The notes beneath the pieces were generated by a model that ran no database searches, had not been told where the DNA came from, and saw nothing but the letters and a program-made list of their open reading frames with translations. A DNA stretch of 64,000 nucleotides. Source: Octopus sinensis (lineage: Eukaryota). Of this stretch, positions 63,084 through 64,000 are shown in pieces (position 1 is the stretch's first letter; each line of letters starts with the position of its first letter). The stretch spans positions 46,686,001 through 46,750,000 of the forward strand of contig NC_043015.1 in the NCBI RefSeq assembly GCF_006345805.1, written 5' to 3'. The translations under genes and the position numbers were made by a program.

Positions 63084-64000
63084 TTTCTGGTAATCTGCTT
63101 TAGTCATTCAGTAAAATACTGAGTTTGTTTAAAGGTAAATTTCCAAAATTGGTTCATAGGGATATACAATCCTAGCAGGTACCATGTTCACTTTGACTGG
63201 TTAACAATAATACTGGTTAACCTCAGTGAATGTAGATGAACTCCACTTAGCTTATTTTTCTATCCTTAGTAGATTCTCACTTAGATAAATCCATATGTCT
63301 ATATAGAGACTGCATGTTGTCGGTAGAGAAGAAATGATAAATTATTAAATTATGAGAAAAGAGATTTGGTTGGACTAGTACTCTATTTAGATGGTGTCTG
63401 AAATGCAGTTAAATTGTACCCTGGCAAAACAGCATCAGTGATTAACCCCAAAATGCACATCATGCTGCAAAATTTTCAGTGTGCACTGACTTGCAACAGA
63501 AACCTATGTTGGTACTGACATGGAAAGATGTGATTAACTGTCACCTGTTTCTGCCTCTCTGTCTCTTTGTCACCCTCTAACCTTTCATCTTCTGACATGA
63601 GTTCCCCTCCTCAAATTCCCCTACCCCTCTCACAATTCCTTGTCTTGTGAGTTACACTGTAAAGTAGTTGGCATTTTGAAGGGCATCCAGCTGTAAAAAC
63701 CATGCCAAAACTAACATTGCCTGTGCTAGTGCCTCTTAAAAAGCACTGAATCCACTCTGCAGAGTGGTTGGTGCTAGGAAGGGCATCCAGCCATAAAAAC
63801 CCTTCCAAAACACACACAGCAGTCATAGGTAGTTTTTCTACCTGGCCAGCTACTGTGAACCTTCCTACCCTTGCATGCATGGAAGATGGACATTAAACGA
63901 TGATGATGATAATATATATTTCATGTATTTGTGTATATGTGATATATGGAGATGTGCATATATTTAGTCAAATACACCTACTTACAAGTAAAAGATATAC

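Overview
Eukaryotic, AT-rich and repeat-saturated genomic DNA. The tRNA-derived SINE families and the (TA)/(TG)/(CAT) microsatellite load resemble an Octopus (cephalopod) genome; this is inference, not a database match. One host gene is recognisable: three short coding exons (46684-46726, 52408-52553, 57766-57875; + strand; missed by the ORF track) splice in frame into a PH domain of the PLEKHB1/2 (evectin) family, and the gene probably continues past the window. Most of the rest is mobile DNA: a near full-length Penelope-like retroelement (RT + GIY-YIG, 6863-9695, - strand) with two long Asn-rich insertions and a hammerhead-ribozyme motif about 2.1 kb downstream; four more hammerhead-like motifs in three other repeat contexts; CR1, RTE, L1/Tx1 and RLE-type LINE fragments; several SINE families; mariner and DD37D/maT remnants; piggyBac-type and GG-ended MITEs; non-autonomous Helitrons; a 132-bp higher-order tandem array; and several fold-back structures. 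Nearly all long ORFs in the supplied track are microsatellite or SINE artefacts. All alignments and RNA folds were done by eye, so repeat boundaries are approximate.
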